Positions 20,278-30,547 of a DNA stretch of 64,000 bases are shown piece by piece. This stretch comes from Nitrososphaerales archaeon (GTDB lineage: Archaea > Thermoproteota > Nitrososphaeria > Nitrososphaerales > UBA213). The position numbers and the translations under genes were made by a program. The notes under the pieces were generated by a model. The model saw only the letters and a program-made list of their open reading frames with translations, was not told the origin of the DNA and did not search any database. The stretch's first letter is position 1. Every line of letters starts with the position of its first letter. The stretch covers positions 352,001-416,000 of the forward strand of contig CBDAOC010000019.1 of the NCBI GenBank assembly GCA_965197925.1. Direction: 5' to 3'.

Positions 20278-21324
20278 GAGCCTATCCTAAAATTCTATCT
20301 GATTGTTAACGATTGGTAGAAATGATAACATTTAGAATGCAAGAATATTAGTTCATAATATCAGGTTTAGTTTTCTTACTATTGATTTTATTAGTATTGT
20401 AGATAGTAGATACTAGAAACAGTTGCATTAACGTGTTTATGACACTACCAATATATCGCTCTGTATATTATTAGGGAGTTAGCAAATTCTACTAGCGCCT
20501 GATAATTTTCCTTCTTCTTCTCGAACCTTACCAATAACTTTCTGAACCTGTTATGCCAAGATGCGGTTCTTTCTACAACCCATCTCTTTGCTTTGTACAA
20601 ATTCTTTTTCAATACTTCACCCTTATGACGAATGTGATCCACATATCCCCTTCTCCTAACTCCATACTCTATCTCAGGGAAATCGTATCCTATTCATGCA
20701 TATGTTCTGTTTAACTTTGGGCCTATCAACAACAATGCTATCTATTGTAGGAAAGGCTGATTTCATATCGTGTTTATTTGCTCCAGTAATTACAGATGAG
20801 AGAGGAATACCTCTTCTATCAACCAGCATGTGACGTTTGGTACCTAGCTTGCCTCTATCCGTTGGGTTTGCTCCGGTCGTTTTCCCCCTAATGGGGCCTT
20901 CACAGTAACGCTATCCATGGATTGCCAGTCCCATCCTATACCCTTCAATTCATCATATATTTCCAGCAGCCTCTTCCATACCTTCTTGAATACTCCTATC
21001 CCAATCCATTCCTGAAATCTTGCGTGGCAAGTTGAGCCAGAACCAAATTCTTTCGATACCTTCTTCCACTGGCATCCAGTTCTTAACACATACAGTATTC
21101 CATTCAATACTTTTCTAAATGGCACAGCCTGTCTTCCAACTGTTCTTGCTGGTTTCCCTGGCGGCAGCACTAGTTTGAACTCTACCCATAGATTGTCTGG
21201 TATATGCCATATGGTCGGCATGCTCTTTTTCTTTGATTTTCTCACAAATTTAGCTAGAGAGGACAGATCTAGATCTGTTTCGGTATAAACAATTAGGCTA
21301 TGATGTTAATTTTAGGATAAGCTC
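20278..21324 (-). mobile_element. IS5-family element type A, full-length ends, disrupted transposase
   Basis: TIRs GAGCCTATCCTAAAATT / AATTTTAGGATAAGCTC (16 of 17 match), flanked by TAA on both sides. Two-ORF transposase with a further frameshift near the DKGYD motif. Confidence 0.93.
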
Positions 21325-21362
21325 TAACTTCAATCTTTTAATATCAATACGTTAAAAAATGA

Positions 21363-22199
21363 ATGACCTTGGATTTTTTTGCTGCCATACCAGATTCTGC
21401 ATTGTCAGACGAACAGACAATAAGGGATAAAAGCATTAAGATTGCTCAGTTTGCAAGAGCTTTTTCAATTTTCAGAATACGAAAGATTTACATCTACTGG
21501 GATAGGGCAGGCAATTATAGTAAAGATAGAAAGTTACTGAAACTTATTTTAGAATTTCTTGATACACCTCCATATCTTAGGAAGAGTCTATATCCTATGA
21601 GAGCAGAACTCCAATTTGTAGGATTGTTACACCCCTTAAAAGCACCGCATCATAAGCCACAAGTGGATCCAGTAAAGATCAGAGTGGGAGATATAAGACA
21701 GGCAATTGTAGTAAATGAGCAGGGAAGACACTTTGCTAATGCTGGTTTAAGCTGCCTAATCCCCATAGAGGGAGATATACCAAAAGACAAGCGAATTACT
21801 ATAAAATTCATATCAGAACATCCAAAATTAAGGTGCAAAGTAATCAAGTGGGCAGAAGCTGATGATTATTGGGGTTATCAAGTAAAGGAAGTAAGAAGCC
21901 TGGTAAATCTTTTGGGAGATGATTCAAAACTAGTTGTACTTGCATCAAGAGAAGGTGTACCTTTAGGACAACTAGAACGGGAACTTGGGAAGAGACTAAA
22001 GAATGCAGAAAATATGTTGGTTGTTTTTGGTTCACCAAGCCGTGGACTTGCAGAAATACTAAAAGATGGGAGAAACCAACCAAGTGAGTTTACAAAGTAT
22101 TTTCTTAACTTCTTTCCAAGACAAGCTACTGAAACTGTGAGACTAGAGGAAGCAGTTATGGGTTGTCTGGCAATTATGAATTATCTTACACATAGATGA
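21363..22199 (+). CDS. SPOUT-family RNA methyltransferase (DUF171-like)
   Basis: DTPPYLRK, YWGY, VVFGSPSRGL and QATETVRLEEA motifs; usual position upstream of rpl3. Confidence 0.87.
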   Translation: MTLDFFAAIPDSALSDEQTIRDKSIKIAQFARAFSIFRIRKIYIYWDRAGNYSKDRKLLKLILEFLDTPPYLRKSLYPMRAELQFVGLLHPLKAPHHKPQVDPVKIRVGDIRQAIVVNEQGRHFANAGLSCLIPIEGDIPKDKRITIKFISEHPKLRCKVIKWAEADDYWGYQVKEVRSLVNLLGDDSKLVVLASREGVPLGQLERELGKRLKNAENMLVVFGSPSRGLAEILKDGRNQPSEFTKYFLNFFPRQATETVRLEEAVMGCLAIMNYLTHR

Positions 22200-22774
22200 A
22201 TAGATCTAGATATTCATAAAAATGAGATAATCATAGATTGGAATTGATTTGGAGAATATTAACATTCTTTCTGGTTAAGAAGTCTTGATCAAATGTGAGT
22301 GAATCAGGTTATTAGATCATTATTTTCATTCTGAACGTAACCTCTTACAGATGTAGAGAGGTATATCCCAGTTTTATTATGGTAGCACATTAAGTCTTAT
22401 TGTCTACGAAATACGTTTCTAGGGATATTTTTTCAACTACACCAGATCAGGTTAGCAAGTCTTATCAGGTAGTGACAAGCTCGTTGTCAATATATAATCA
22501 AACAAGTTAAAAGATACTCCGTATTCGTATTTTTTCTCTCATAAGAACATCTGATGACAAAAATGGGGAGCGCCAATTAACAATCTCATTAATTTAAAAG
22601 TTTGGGAGTATTTTTTTTAAGATTTCATTTTTGACAACATATTTCTTTCGATGAGTTTGAATTCAACTATAAATCTATGTACAAAAATCTTATGATTGGC
22701 GTTGTTAGGAGGAACTAAATAACTACCTTATTCCAGGTTATAAATTTATAATGGGATATGTATAAACGCGTACA

Positions 22775-23773
22775 ATGGGTCATAGAAAACATAGTACGCC
22801 TAGAAGAGGTAGTTTAGCATATCTGCCGAGGGGTAGAGCTAGAAGCTTTGAATCACGCATAAGGACATGGCCTGACTATAATGGGGAAAAACCAGTTCTC
22901 TTAGGGTCTGTCGGATTCAAGGCCGCAAATATTCACGTTATTACAATTGATGATAAAGAAAAAACCCCAAACTTTGGCAAACCTCTTTTTAACTCTGCTA
23001 CAATCATTTCAACTCCACCAATTAGGGTCATTGGGTTTCGTGGTTATGAAAAAACTCCATATGGTCATAATTCCGTCTTTGATGTTTTTGCTTCAGATCT
23101 TCCTAAAGAGCTGGTTCGCAAGATACGAACCAAAAATGTTCCATTAGAAATAGCCTTGAACAAGGCTCAAGATAAAATGGCCATAACCACTGTATTGATG
23201 GCCATTGTTGCAGTGATACCAAGAAACGCAGGTTTAGCCCAAAAGAGACCGTTTGTTTTTGAGCTAGGAGTGGCTGGTGGTGACATAAAAACACAATTTG
23301 AGTATTTAAATGACTTGTTGGGAAAAGATGTTAAGTTCAAGGATTTGTTCCAAGTAGGTTCGTATGTTGATACAAGTGGGATCACAAAAGGGAAAGGTAT
23401 CGAAGGACCAGTTACGAGATGGGGTGTAAAGAAAAAACAGCATAAATCCCGAAAAAGCGTAAGAGCAGTTGCTACCCTAGGACCTATCAGTCCAGCATCT
23501 GTAATGTACACCGTCCCGCGGGCAGGGCAAAGAGGATTACATCAAAGGTTAGAGTACAACAAGAGAATATTGATAATTGGTAACACTATGGAGAAAGACC
23601 AAGAATTAGTACCTTCCGGTGGTTTTGATCACTTTGGTGATGTAAATGGCGATTACGTTGTGATCAAGGGTTCCGTGCCGGGAACGATGAAGAGAATGGT
23701 CAAGATTCGTTACCCTATCAGGGCAAGGACTTCAAAAGTTTTAGAACCAAAAATAATAGAGGTTGTTGTATGA
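22775..23773 (+). CDS. rpl3: 50S ribosomal protein L3
   Basis: PRRGSLAYLPRGRA and TKGKGIEGPVTRWG motifs. Confidence 0.97.
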   Translation: MGHRKHSTPRRGSLAYLPRGRARSFESRIRTWPDYNGEKPVLLGSVGFKAANIHVITIDDKEKTPNFGKPLFNSATIISTPPIRVIGFRGYEKTPYGHNSVFDVFASDLPKELVRKIRTKNVPLEIALNKAQDKMAITTVLMAIVAVIPRNAGLAQKRPFVFELGVAGGDIKTQFEYLNDLLGKDVKFKDLFQVGSYVDTSGITKGKGIEGPVTRWGVKKKQHKSRKSVRAVATLGPISPASVMYTVPRAGQRGLHQRLEYNKRILIIGNTMEKDQELVPSGGFDHFGDVNGDYVVIKGSVPGTMKRMVKIRYPIRARTSKVLEPKIIEVVV

Positions 23774-24582
23774 AAATCCCCATTTATTCCCTTGATGGAA
23801 ATACAGTTGATGATGTTGAACTACCAATAGTATTCTCTACTCCCTTCAGACCAGATCTGATTCGTAAAGCATTTGTAAATCTTCAATCGTTGTCATTCCA
23901 GCCACAAGGAAGAGACCCATTAGCTGGTGAAAGAACTAGTGCTATGTCAAGAAACACTGGTCTAGGAATTGCCAGGATGGCAAGAGTGAAAGGAAGTGGT
24001 TTTCCAAGGTCTGGAATGGCAGCAGGAGTAGGAGGAGTTATCAAGGGAAGGCAGGCGCATCCTCCTGTATCCAACAAAAATATTGTTAAGAGACTTAACA
24101 AGAAAGAGAAAAGATTTGCTTTGTGTAGTGCTGTTGCTGCAACTGCCTCGAATCAAATTGTCTCTTCTAGGGGACATAGAATTGGTAGAATCCAAAATCT
24201 TCCATTAGTAGTAAGTGATGATATCAGTCGTGTTAGCAAAGCAAAGGATCTACTTAATGTAATAAATTCATTGAATCTTGATGATGATTTGGAAAGGGTC
24301 AAAAAAGTATGGAAGAAAAGAACTGGAAAATCTAGGATGCGTGGAAGGGTAACCCGTGTTGGCAAGAGTGTCTTGATAGTAGTGAGAAAAGACGAAGGTA
24401 TCGGTAAAGCCACGGGCTCTTTTTTGGGCGTGGAATCTATTAACGCAAAAGACCTCAGTGTTTTGCATTTGGCACCAGGTTCTCATCCTGGAAGACTAGT
24501 TCTGTGGTCCAAAGGTGCCTTAGAACACCTCAAATTACTCAACACTCCGGTATTAACACTTCTGAGGTTGGTAGGTAGATGA
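23770..24582 (+). CDS. rpl4: 50S ribosomal protein L4
   Basis: FRPDLIRKA, GRQAHPP and LAPGSHPGRL motifs. Confidence 0.97.
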   Translation: MKIPIYSLDGNTVDDVELPIVFSTPFRPDLIRKAFVNLQSLSFQPQGRDPLAGERTSAMSRNTGLGIARMARVKGSGFPRSGMAAGVGGVIKGRQAHPPVSNKNIVKRLNKKEKRFALCSAVAATASNQIVSSRGHRIGRIQNLPLVVSDDISRVSKAKDLLNVINSLNLDDDLERVKKVWKKRTGKSRMRGRVTRVGKSVLIVVRKDEGIGKATGSFLGVESINAKDLSVLHLAPGSHPGRLVLWSKGALEHLKLLNTPVLTLLRLVGR

Positions 24583-24845
24583 ATACAGATCAAGCAAACC
24601 GATTGATAATGAATCCGTATATGACTGAAAAGACATTAGCTCTTATTGAGAAGGAGAACGTGATTGTATTCATTGTTCACGATGATGCTAATAAAACTAG
24701 CATAAAGGAGGCGATGAAATTACTTTACAATGTTGATGTTGATACTGTAAATACCGCGAGAACAATTTATGGTAAAAAAGCATTTGTTAAAATGTTAGAA
24801 GATAATGCGGCTAGAGATCTAGCCACCAAACTCGGACTGGTATAG
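24579..24845 (+). CDS. rpl23: 50S ribosomal protein L23
   Basis: PYMTEK and GKKAFVK motifs; operon position. Confidence 0.95.
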   Translation: MNTDQANRLIMNPYMTEKTLALIEKENVIVFIVHDDANKTSIKEAMKLLYNVDVDTVNTARTIYGKKAFVKMLEDNAARDLATKLGLV

Positions 24846-24893
24846 AATGAATACGTTAGATTTAATAAATGCTTCAAGGGGAAAGCTGTTTAC

Positions 24894-25283
24894 ATGGTTA
24901 AAGAATTTAGATATAGAGGAAACTCATTGGAGGAGTTACAGGCAATGTCATTAGACAAACTTCTAACTATTTTTCCAGCTAGGCAACGAAGGTCGCTTAG
25001 TCGGGGCATCACAGATGAGAAACGTAAATTGATTGAGGAGATTAAAAATATAAATGAATCCTCGAATCCAATAAAGACACATTTACGCGATCTTATAATT
25101 CTCCCTTTTATGGTACACCGTATTATTCATGTTCATAATGGAAAAGACTTTACGCCTGTTGAGATAAAACCAGAAATGGTTAGTCATTATTTGGGTGAGT
25201 ACGTAATGACTAACAAACGTGTGCAACACGGTACGCCTGGTGTAGGTTCTTCGCGTTCAAGCCTCTATGTTCCCTTGAAGTGA
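24894..25283 (+). CDS. rps19: 30S ribosomal protein S19
   Basis: IKTHLRD, HNGK and HYLGEY motifs. Confidence 0.96.
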   Translation: MVKEFRYRGNSLEELQAMSLDKLLTIFPARQRRSLSRGITDEKRKLIEEIKNINESSNPIKTHLRDLIILPFMVHRIIHVHNGKDFTPVEIKPEMVSHYLGEYVMTNKRVQHGTPGVGSSRSSLYVPLK

Positions 25284-25750
25284 TTTCCTTGCCAAGACAC
25301 CTTTATTCTTTCCATAAGTTTGAAAAAAATAAGCATGTTAGAGCAAGCTTGCGAGAAGCTGATATTTCACACAAACACGCAAGGGAAGTTTCCCTTGCAA
25401 TTAAGGGTATGTATCTAAATAAGGCAAGAGAATTTCTTGAAAATGTTGTTAGTCTTAGACAGCCAGTGGCATACAGAAGATTCAAAATTCAAGTTGGTCA
25501 TAGGTCGAATCTGCAAGGCTTTCCTGCAGGAAGATTTCCAGTTAAAACTTCAAAAGAATTTTTGCATTTACTAGACAACTTGGAGGCTAACACAGAATAC
25601 AAAGGAATGGACCTTGATAGGTTGAAACTAATACATGTGTCCGCCTACCCAGGGGTCAAGATTAAGAGGTTCCAACCTAGGGCATTTGGCCGAAATAGTG
25701 CAAAATTCAATACCTTAGTACATGTAGAAGTGGTCGGGATGGAGAAGTAA
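25280..25750 (+). CDS. rpl22: 50S ribosomal protein L22
   Basis: ISHKHAREV, GRFPVK and PRAFGR motifs. Confidence 0.95.
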   Translation: MISLPRHLYSFHKFEKNKHVRASLREADISHKHAREVSLAIKGMYLNKAREFLENVVSLRQPVAYRRFKIQVGHRSNLQGFPAGRFPVKTSKEFLHLLDNLEANTEYKGMDLDRLKLIHVSAYPGVKIKRFQPRAFGRNSAKFNTLVHVEVVGMEK

Positions 25751-25751
25751 T

Positions 25752-26381
25752 TTGTCTGCCATAAAGAACGTTATGAAGAATTATTACAGGAATATGGAAT
25801 TAGATGAGTTCCTTGCAAAGGAAGTCGTCGATGCTGGTTACGGAGGTGTAGACATACAGAAATCTCCTGTTGGCACAAGAATTACTTTGTACATTACAAG
25901 ACCAGGTTTGGTGATAGGCAGAAAAGGAATGGGCATCAGAGATCTTACTATGAAATTGGAAACTCAATTTGGCGTTAGTAACCCTCAGATTTCTGTACTC
26001 GAAGTTGAAATTCCTGAACTTAATCCCAGGATTATGGCCACCAGAGCGGCTTCCCAAGTAACACGAGGTATTGCATTTAGACGTGCGGCTTTCTGGACAC
26101 TGAACACGATTATGAACGGGGGAGCATTGGGAGCAGAAATTACTATCTCTGGCAAGTTAAGGAGTGAAAGATCGCATTTTGAAAAATATACAATGGGAAT
26201 AGTACCAAAGAGTGGTGACGTAGCCAAACGTGTAGTAAAGGAGGCAGTAGCTCATGTTTTGTTGAAGATGGGCATGTATGGTATAAAAGTAAAGGTAGCA
26301 TACAAGAATATGATACCGCCAGAATTTGAACCTGTTGCTACTGATATAGGTATTAAAGAAGAGGAGAATAAAGATGGGTAG
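25752..26381 (+). CDS. rps3: 30S ribosomal protein S3
   Basis: KH motif RPGLVIGRKG and GAEITISGKL. Confidence 0.96.
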   Translation: MSAIKNVMKNYYRNMELDEFLAKEVVDAGYGGVDIQKSPVGTRITLYITRPGLVIGRKGMGIRDLTMKLETQFGVSNPQISVLEVEIPELNPRIMATRAASQVTRGIAFRRAAFWTLNTIMNGGALGAEITISGKLRSERSHFEKYTMGIVPKSGDVAKRVVKEAVAHVLLKMGMYGIKVKVAYKNMIPPEFEPVATDIGIKEEENKDG

Positions 26382-26583
26382 GCTGAAGCTAAAGACACTG
26401 AGGGAAATGAAAGATAACGATTTGGTTGATAAGCTTTCAGATTTGAGAGCGGAACTAGGAAAGTTGAGAGTGGAGGGCGCAAAGGGGACACTGAGAAAGG
26501 AGGGTGGAAAAGTAAGATATCGTAGAAGAGATATTGCGAGAATTTTGACCATAATTAGAGAAAGGGGTGCTAGAAAAAAATGA
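26374..26583 (+). CDS. rpl29: 50S ribosomal protein L29
   Basis: RRDIARILTI motif; operon position. Confidence 0.94.
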   Translation: MGRLKLKTLREMKDNDLVDKLSDLRAELGKLRVEGAKGTLRKEGGKVRYRRRDIARILTIIRERGARKK

Positions 26584-26852
26584 AAATTACTTCAGAAAAT
26601 ATAATGGCACATGAATTGATTGGAATTGACGCAGATATAGTAGAAAGTAAAAATCCGTCAATGATGAATCTAAATGGTAAACTTGTATATGAGACCAAGA
26701 ATACACTGGTCCTGAAAGTTGGTACAGAAAAAAGAATAATCCCAAAGAAAGTGACTTCATTAAGATTGAAACTCCCTGATAATGTTCAATGTTTAATCAA
26801 TGGCTCTGCACTTATCGGCAGACCCGAGGATAGGATACAGAAGTTGAAATAA
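26580..26852 (+). CDS. rnp1: Ribonuclease P protein component 1 (Rpp29/POP4)
   Basis: HELIG, ETKNTL and GRPEDRI motifs. Confidence 0.92.
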   Translation: MKITSENIMAHELIGIDADIVESKNPSMMNLNGKLVYETKNTLVLKVGTEKRIIPKKVTSLRLKLPDNVQCLINGSALIGRPEDRIQKLK

Positions 26853-26853
26853 T

Positions 26854-27195
26854 ATGACTAGAAATATAGGTGTTACAGTTAAACCTCCAAAGAGGGAATG
26901 TCAAGACGAATGTTGTCCTTTTCATGGAGCCCTCAGTATTAGGGGAAGGTTATTCACAGGCAATGTAGTAAGCAGCAAGGCAAAGAAGATGACAGTTGTT
27001 CAAAATGAATATCCACATTTGATTAAAAAGTATAAAAGATATGAAAGGAAACGGAGCAAGATTCATGCCTACCTGCCCCCATGTTTAGACATAAAGGAAG
27101 GTGACACTGTTAGTGTCGCAGAATGCAGGCCAATCAGTAAGACCGTAGCTTTTGTTGTCATTGGAGTGAAAGGTGGTAATGCCAGCGAAGACTAG
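26854..27195 (+). CDS. rps17: 30S ribosomal protein S17
   Basis: CPFHG, KYKRYE and ECRPISKT motifs. Confidence 0.96.
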   Translation: MTRNIGVTVKPPKRECQDECCPFHGALSIRGRLFTGNVVSSKAKKMTVVQNEYPHLIKKYKRYERKRSKIHAYLPPCLDIKEGDTVSVAECRPISKTVAFVVIGVKGGNASED

Positions 27196-27613
27196 AGCCG
27201 TATCCGCAAAAGGAGCAGAAGAGTTCAAGCCTTACATTACGAAAGCAATTCCTGTCGGTACATCGTTAGTGTGCGCAGACAATACTGGAGCAAAGATTTT
27301 ACAAGTAATACAAGTTACAAAATACAAAGGGCGGGTATCAAGAATGCCAGCAGCAGCAGTTGGTGACTTTGTGAATGTTGTGGTGAAAAAAGGTCCTTTT
27401 GAATTGAGGAAGCAGGTCCATGGTGCCGTTATCGTTAGACAGAAATATGCCATAATGAGACTAGGAGGTATGCGAGTGACATTTGAGGACAATGCTGGTG
27501 TATTGCTTACACCCGAGGGTGAGATAAAAGGTACTGACATAAAGGGCCCTGTTGCTGTAGAAGCAGCCGAGAGATGGCCAAGAATAGCAAATATAGCTGC
27601 TATGATTGTATAA
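27173..27613 (+). CDS. rpl14: 50S ribosomal protein L14
   Basis: CADNTGAK, FEDNA and GPVAVEAAERWPRI motifs. Confidence 0.96.
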   Translation: MVMPAKTRAVSAKGAEEFKPYITKAIPVGTSLVCADNTGAKILQVIQVTKYKGRVSRMPAAAVGDFVNVVVKKGPFELRKQVHGAVIVRQKYAIMRLGGMRVTFEDNAGVLLTPEGEIKGTDIKGPVAVEAAERWPRIANIAAMIV

Positions 27614-27985
27614 GTGATAAATATGGCAAAACCCTCTAAATCTCGATTAAAACAAATATACGAGGCTCCTAAACACAGGAGGACCAAAAATTTGGCTGGT
27701 GGTTTGTCACCGGATATGCGTTCACAGTACGGTACTAGAAGTGCAAGGATTACAAAGGGCGATAGCGTAAAGGTGTTGCTTGGAGAGTACAAAGGTATGG
27801 AAGGTAAAGTCACAAAAGTGCATATTAGTGAGGGGAGGGTTGCTATAGAAGGAATTCAGAGAGAAAAGGTGAAAGGTGGAAATGTTCCTGTGTTAATACA
27901 CACCTCAAATCTTATGGTAGCAAGTCTTAATTTAAATGATAAATGGCGTAAGGCTGTGCTAGAAAGGAAGCGAAAGGGGGATTAG
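27614..27985 (+). CDS. rpl24: 50S ribosomal protein L24
   Basis: KOW motif KGDSVKVLLGEYKG. Confidence 0.95.
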   Translation: MINMAKPSKSRLKQIYEAPKHRRTKNLAGGLSPDMRSQYGTRSARITKGDSVKVLLGEYKGMEGKVTKVHISEGRVAIEGIQREKVKGGNVPVLIHTSNLMVASLNLNDKWRKAVLERKRKGD

Positions 27986-27987
27986 AA

Positions 27988-28701
27988 ATGGGGAAAATGG
28001 GTAAAGACACAAGGATGAAAAGGCAGATGGCTCCTGCATTTTGGGAAGTCGGGAGAAAGCGCCATAGGTTTACCCTTGCGATTAGTCCTGGAACTCATGG
28101 TACTGCAAAATCCTATCCATTAGGCGTAGTACTTAGGGATGTACTTAAGATCGTGAATACAATGAGAGAAGCGAAGCATGTTGTAACTTCTGGTAGTATA
28201 AGGGTAGACGGTTTGATTAGGAAGAATGTAAATTTCCCTATTGGTCTCATGGATGTAATTGAAATACCAGATATGGATAAAACTTTTAGAATGGTCCCCA
28301 AGGATGGGTTGACTGTAAAACCTATAGAAATACCAAGGGAGGAAAACACGGTTAAATTATGCAAGGCGACTAGTAAACTTACTGCGAAAGGAAATAGAAC
28401 TCAATATGGATTTCATGATGGAAGAACCTTGATAAGCGAGGAGAAGATGAATGTTAATGACACGTGTTTGATTACCGTTCCAGGACAGAAAATTATTAAG
28501 AAGATAAAACTAGAAAAAGGCTCGACTGTGCTTGTAATAAGCGGTGATAATGCCGGTACAAAGGGAATAATTGATGAGATAAGAGAGGGTACTTTCATAC
28601 TTCCAAAACGAGTGTTAGTAATACTTGAAGATCGGAAAGTTGAGTTACCAATTCGTATGGTGATGGCGGTAGGCAAAGATGATCCCACGATAATTAATTA
28701 G
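27988..28701 (+). CDS. rps4e: 30S ribosomal protein S4e
   Basis: PLGVVLRD, FPIGLMDVI and HDGRT motifs. Confidence 0.95.
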   Translation: MGKMGKDTRMKRQMAPAFWEVGRKRHRFTLAISPGTHGTAKSYPLGVVLRDVLKIVNTMREAKHVVTSGSIRVDGLIRKNVNFPIGLMDVIEIPDMDKTFRMVPKDGLTVKPIEIPREENTVKLCKATSKLTAKGNRTQYGFHDGRTLISEEKMNVNDTCLITVPGQKIIKKIKLEKGSTVLVISGDNAGTKGIIDEIREGTFILPKRVLVILEDRKVELPIRMVMAVGKDDPTIIN

Positions 28702-29237
28702 TGATAGTCATGAATCAAACACTTCAACAAGAAAATGTTATGAGAATTATAAAAGTGGGAAAAGTGGTAATCAACATTGGTGTAGGTAAATCGGGTGAGC
28801 CTATGGAGAGGGCAGCAAAAGTGTTGGAAGAGATAACTCATCAGAAAGCCAGTAATCGGATTGCGAAAAATTCTATTAGAGATTTTGGAATTCATAAGGG
28901 TGAACCTATTGGTGTTATGGTTACTCTCCGCAGGAAAATAGCAATGGAGGTGCTTAAGGTGTTAGTTGCAGCAAAGGAGAACAAGATAAAAGCATCGTCT
29001 TTTGACGATTTTGGTAACGTATCATTTGGAATAAGAGAACATATAGATATTCCTGGTGTAATCTATAAGCCTGAATTGGGGATATTCGGGATGGACGTTA
29101 CGATTGTTTTGGAAAGGCCAGGATATAGGATTGCGAGAAGACGAAAAATTCCAGCAAAAATAGGGAGAAGTCATAGAATAACTAAAGAAGAAGCGATTTC
29201 ATTTATCAAGAATAAGTTAACATTAGAGGTGGTTTGA
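28701..29237 (+). CDS. rpl5: 50S ribosomal protein L5
   Basis: KVVINIGVG and FDDFGNVSFGIREHIDIPG motifs. Confidence 0.96.
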   Translation: MIVMNQTLQQENVMRIIKVGKVVINIGVGKSGEPMERAAKVLEEITHQKASNRIAKNSIRDFGIHKGEPIGVMVTLRRKIAMEVLKVLVAAKENKIKASSFDDFGNVSFGIREHIDIPGVIYKPELGIFGMDVTIVLERPGYRIARRRKIPAKIGRSHRITKEEAISFIKNKLTLEVV

Positions 29238-29417
29238 ATGGTAAAGATTAGAGATTATGCAGTGACGAATAGAAAACCAAGAAAATATGGCAAAGGTGCT
29301 AGATGGTGTAAAAGGTGTGGCGATTTTGATTCCCTGATTAGAAGCTATGAACTTAACTTGTGCAGACGGTGCTTCAGGGAAGTTGCGATCCAAATAGGAT
29401 TCAGAAAATACGAGTGA
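29238..29417 (+). CDS. rps14: 30S ribosomal protein S14 (zinc-binding; not in ORF track)
   Basis: Read directly: MVKIRDY...[11 protein letters not shown]...[19 protein letters not shown], 59 aa between rpl5 and rps8. Confidence 0.95.
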   Translation: MVKIRDYAVTNRKPRKYGKGARWCKRCGDFDSLIRSYELNLCRRCFREVAIQIGFRKYE

Positions 29418-29422
29418 TTGCT

Positions 29423-29815
29423 ATGCCAGCACTAAATATTATCTCAAATCTCCTTGTAACTCTATACAATAATGAGATGAGAAAGAAAAAAGAGTGTGTT
29501 ATATCACCTGCATCTAACTTTGCTAGTGAGGTTCTGAAAGTTATTAAGAATCACGGTTATATCGAAAACTACGAATATGTGGATGATGGCAGAAGTGGGA
29601 AATATAAGGTTACTCTTCTTGCGAAGATTAACAAATGCGGTGTGATTACCCCCAGGCACAGCGTCAAAAAAGATCACTATACTAGCTGGGAAAGACAATA
29701 TCTTCCTTCTTACAATCGAGGTATACTGATAGTATCTACTTCTGATGGGGTAATGTCCCATCATAATGCACAGGAAAAGCAACTTGGAGGTGTTCTAGTT
29801 GGATACGTATACTAA
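29423..29815 (+). CDS. rps8: 30S ribosomal protein S8
   Basis: Start ATG 29423 (MPALNII); DDGRSG, INKCGVITPR and IVSTSDGVMSH motifs. Confidence 0.95.
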   Translation: MPALNIISNLLVTLYNNEMRKKKECVISPASNFASEVLKVIKNHGYIENYEYVDDGRSGKYKVTLLAKINKCGVITPRHSVKKDHYTSWERQYLPSYNRGILIVSTSDGVMSHHNAQEKQLGGVLVGYVY

Positions 29816-29834
29816 AGGGGATATTAAAAGCAAT

Positions 29835-30377
29835 ATGGATGAGAGTATCGTAGCTGAAATAGAAATTCCTGAAAATGTCAATGTAAAGTATGAAAATAAA
29901 TTACTTGAGGTTCTGGGACCACAAGGGAAATTGAAGAAAAATATTGAGAAAATTCCCATTATTTTGACGATTGAAGGCAATAAGAAGATAAAAGTCAAGC
30001 CTTATGGAAAGAGAAAGAAAGATTTGGCAATAACTAATACAGTAAGATCCATAATCAGAAATATGATTACTGGCGTACAGAGCGGATATACATACAAACT
30101 TAAAGTTGTATTCGCACATTTTCCGATTTCCATAAAGGTAAGTCAGGGAAAAATTACTATTGAAAATTTTTCAGGTGAGAGATCCCCTAGATTGATAGAC
30201 ATAATTGGTGATTGTAAGGTCACTGTTGAAGAAGAAGACCTAGTTATCAAAGGGCCCAGTCTTGAGGATGTATCACAAACAGCTGCCAATGTTGAATTGG
30301 CTACAAGAATCAAGAATAAGGACAAGAGGGTATTTTTGGATGGATTGTTCATTTATTCTAGAGAAAAAGGAATGTAA
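29835..30377 (+). CDS. rpl6: 50S ribosomal protein L6
   Basis: AHFPI, NFSGER and KDKRVFLDG motifs; start taken as ATG 29835. Confidence 0.95.
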   Translation: MDESIVAEIEIPENVNVKYENKLLEVLGPQGKLKKNIEKIPIILTIEGNKKIKVKPYGKRKKDLAITNTVRSIIRNMITGVQSGYTYKLKVVFAHFPISIKVSQGKITIENFSGERSPRLIDIIGDCKVTVEEEDLVIKGPSLEDVSQTAANVELATRIKNKDKRVFLDGLFIYSREKGM

Positions 30378-30426
30378 GTTCTGATAAGAAAAGATTAAAT
30401 CATAATATTTTATGAACAGTAATGTT

Positions 30427-30514
30427 GCCGCCGTAGCTCAGCATGGTAGAGCATCTGGCTGTTAGCTAGTTGGTAGAAACCAGTGGGTCGTCGGTTCGAG
30501 TCCGACCGGCGGCG
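30427..30514 (+). tRNA. tRNA-Asn(GTT) with 14-nt canonical 37/38 intron (30465-30478)
   Basis: Acceptor GCCGCCG/CGGCGGC, CTGTTA followed by the insert, T-arm GTCGG-TTCGAGT-CCGAC. Confidence 0.94.
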
Positions 30515-30525
30515 CATAGAGTTTC

Positions 30526-30547
30526 TTTCAAAATTCGAATTCTGAAA
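30526..30547. repeat. Dispersed intergenic palindrome, copy 2
   Basis: TTTCAAAATTCGAATTCTGAAA, 11 bp after tRNA-Asn. Confidence 0.75.

Noticed and set aside
27232..27813. 193-aa antisense ORF and other antisense ORFs in the ribosomal, pur and bio clusters
   Set aside because: They fully overlap well-supported genes on the opposite strand and show no recognisable motifs.
29360..29422. N-terminal extension of S8 in the ORF track
   Set aside because: It overlaps the real rps14 gene; S8 starts at 29423.
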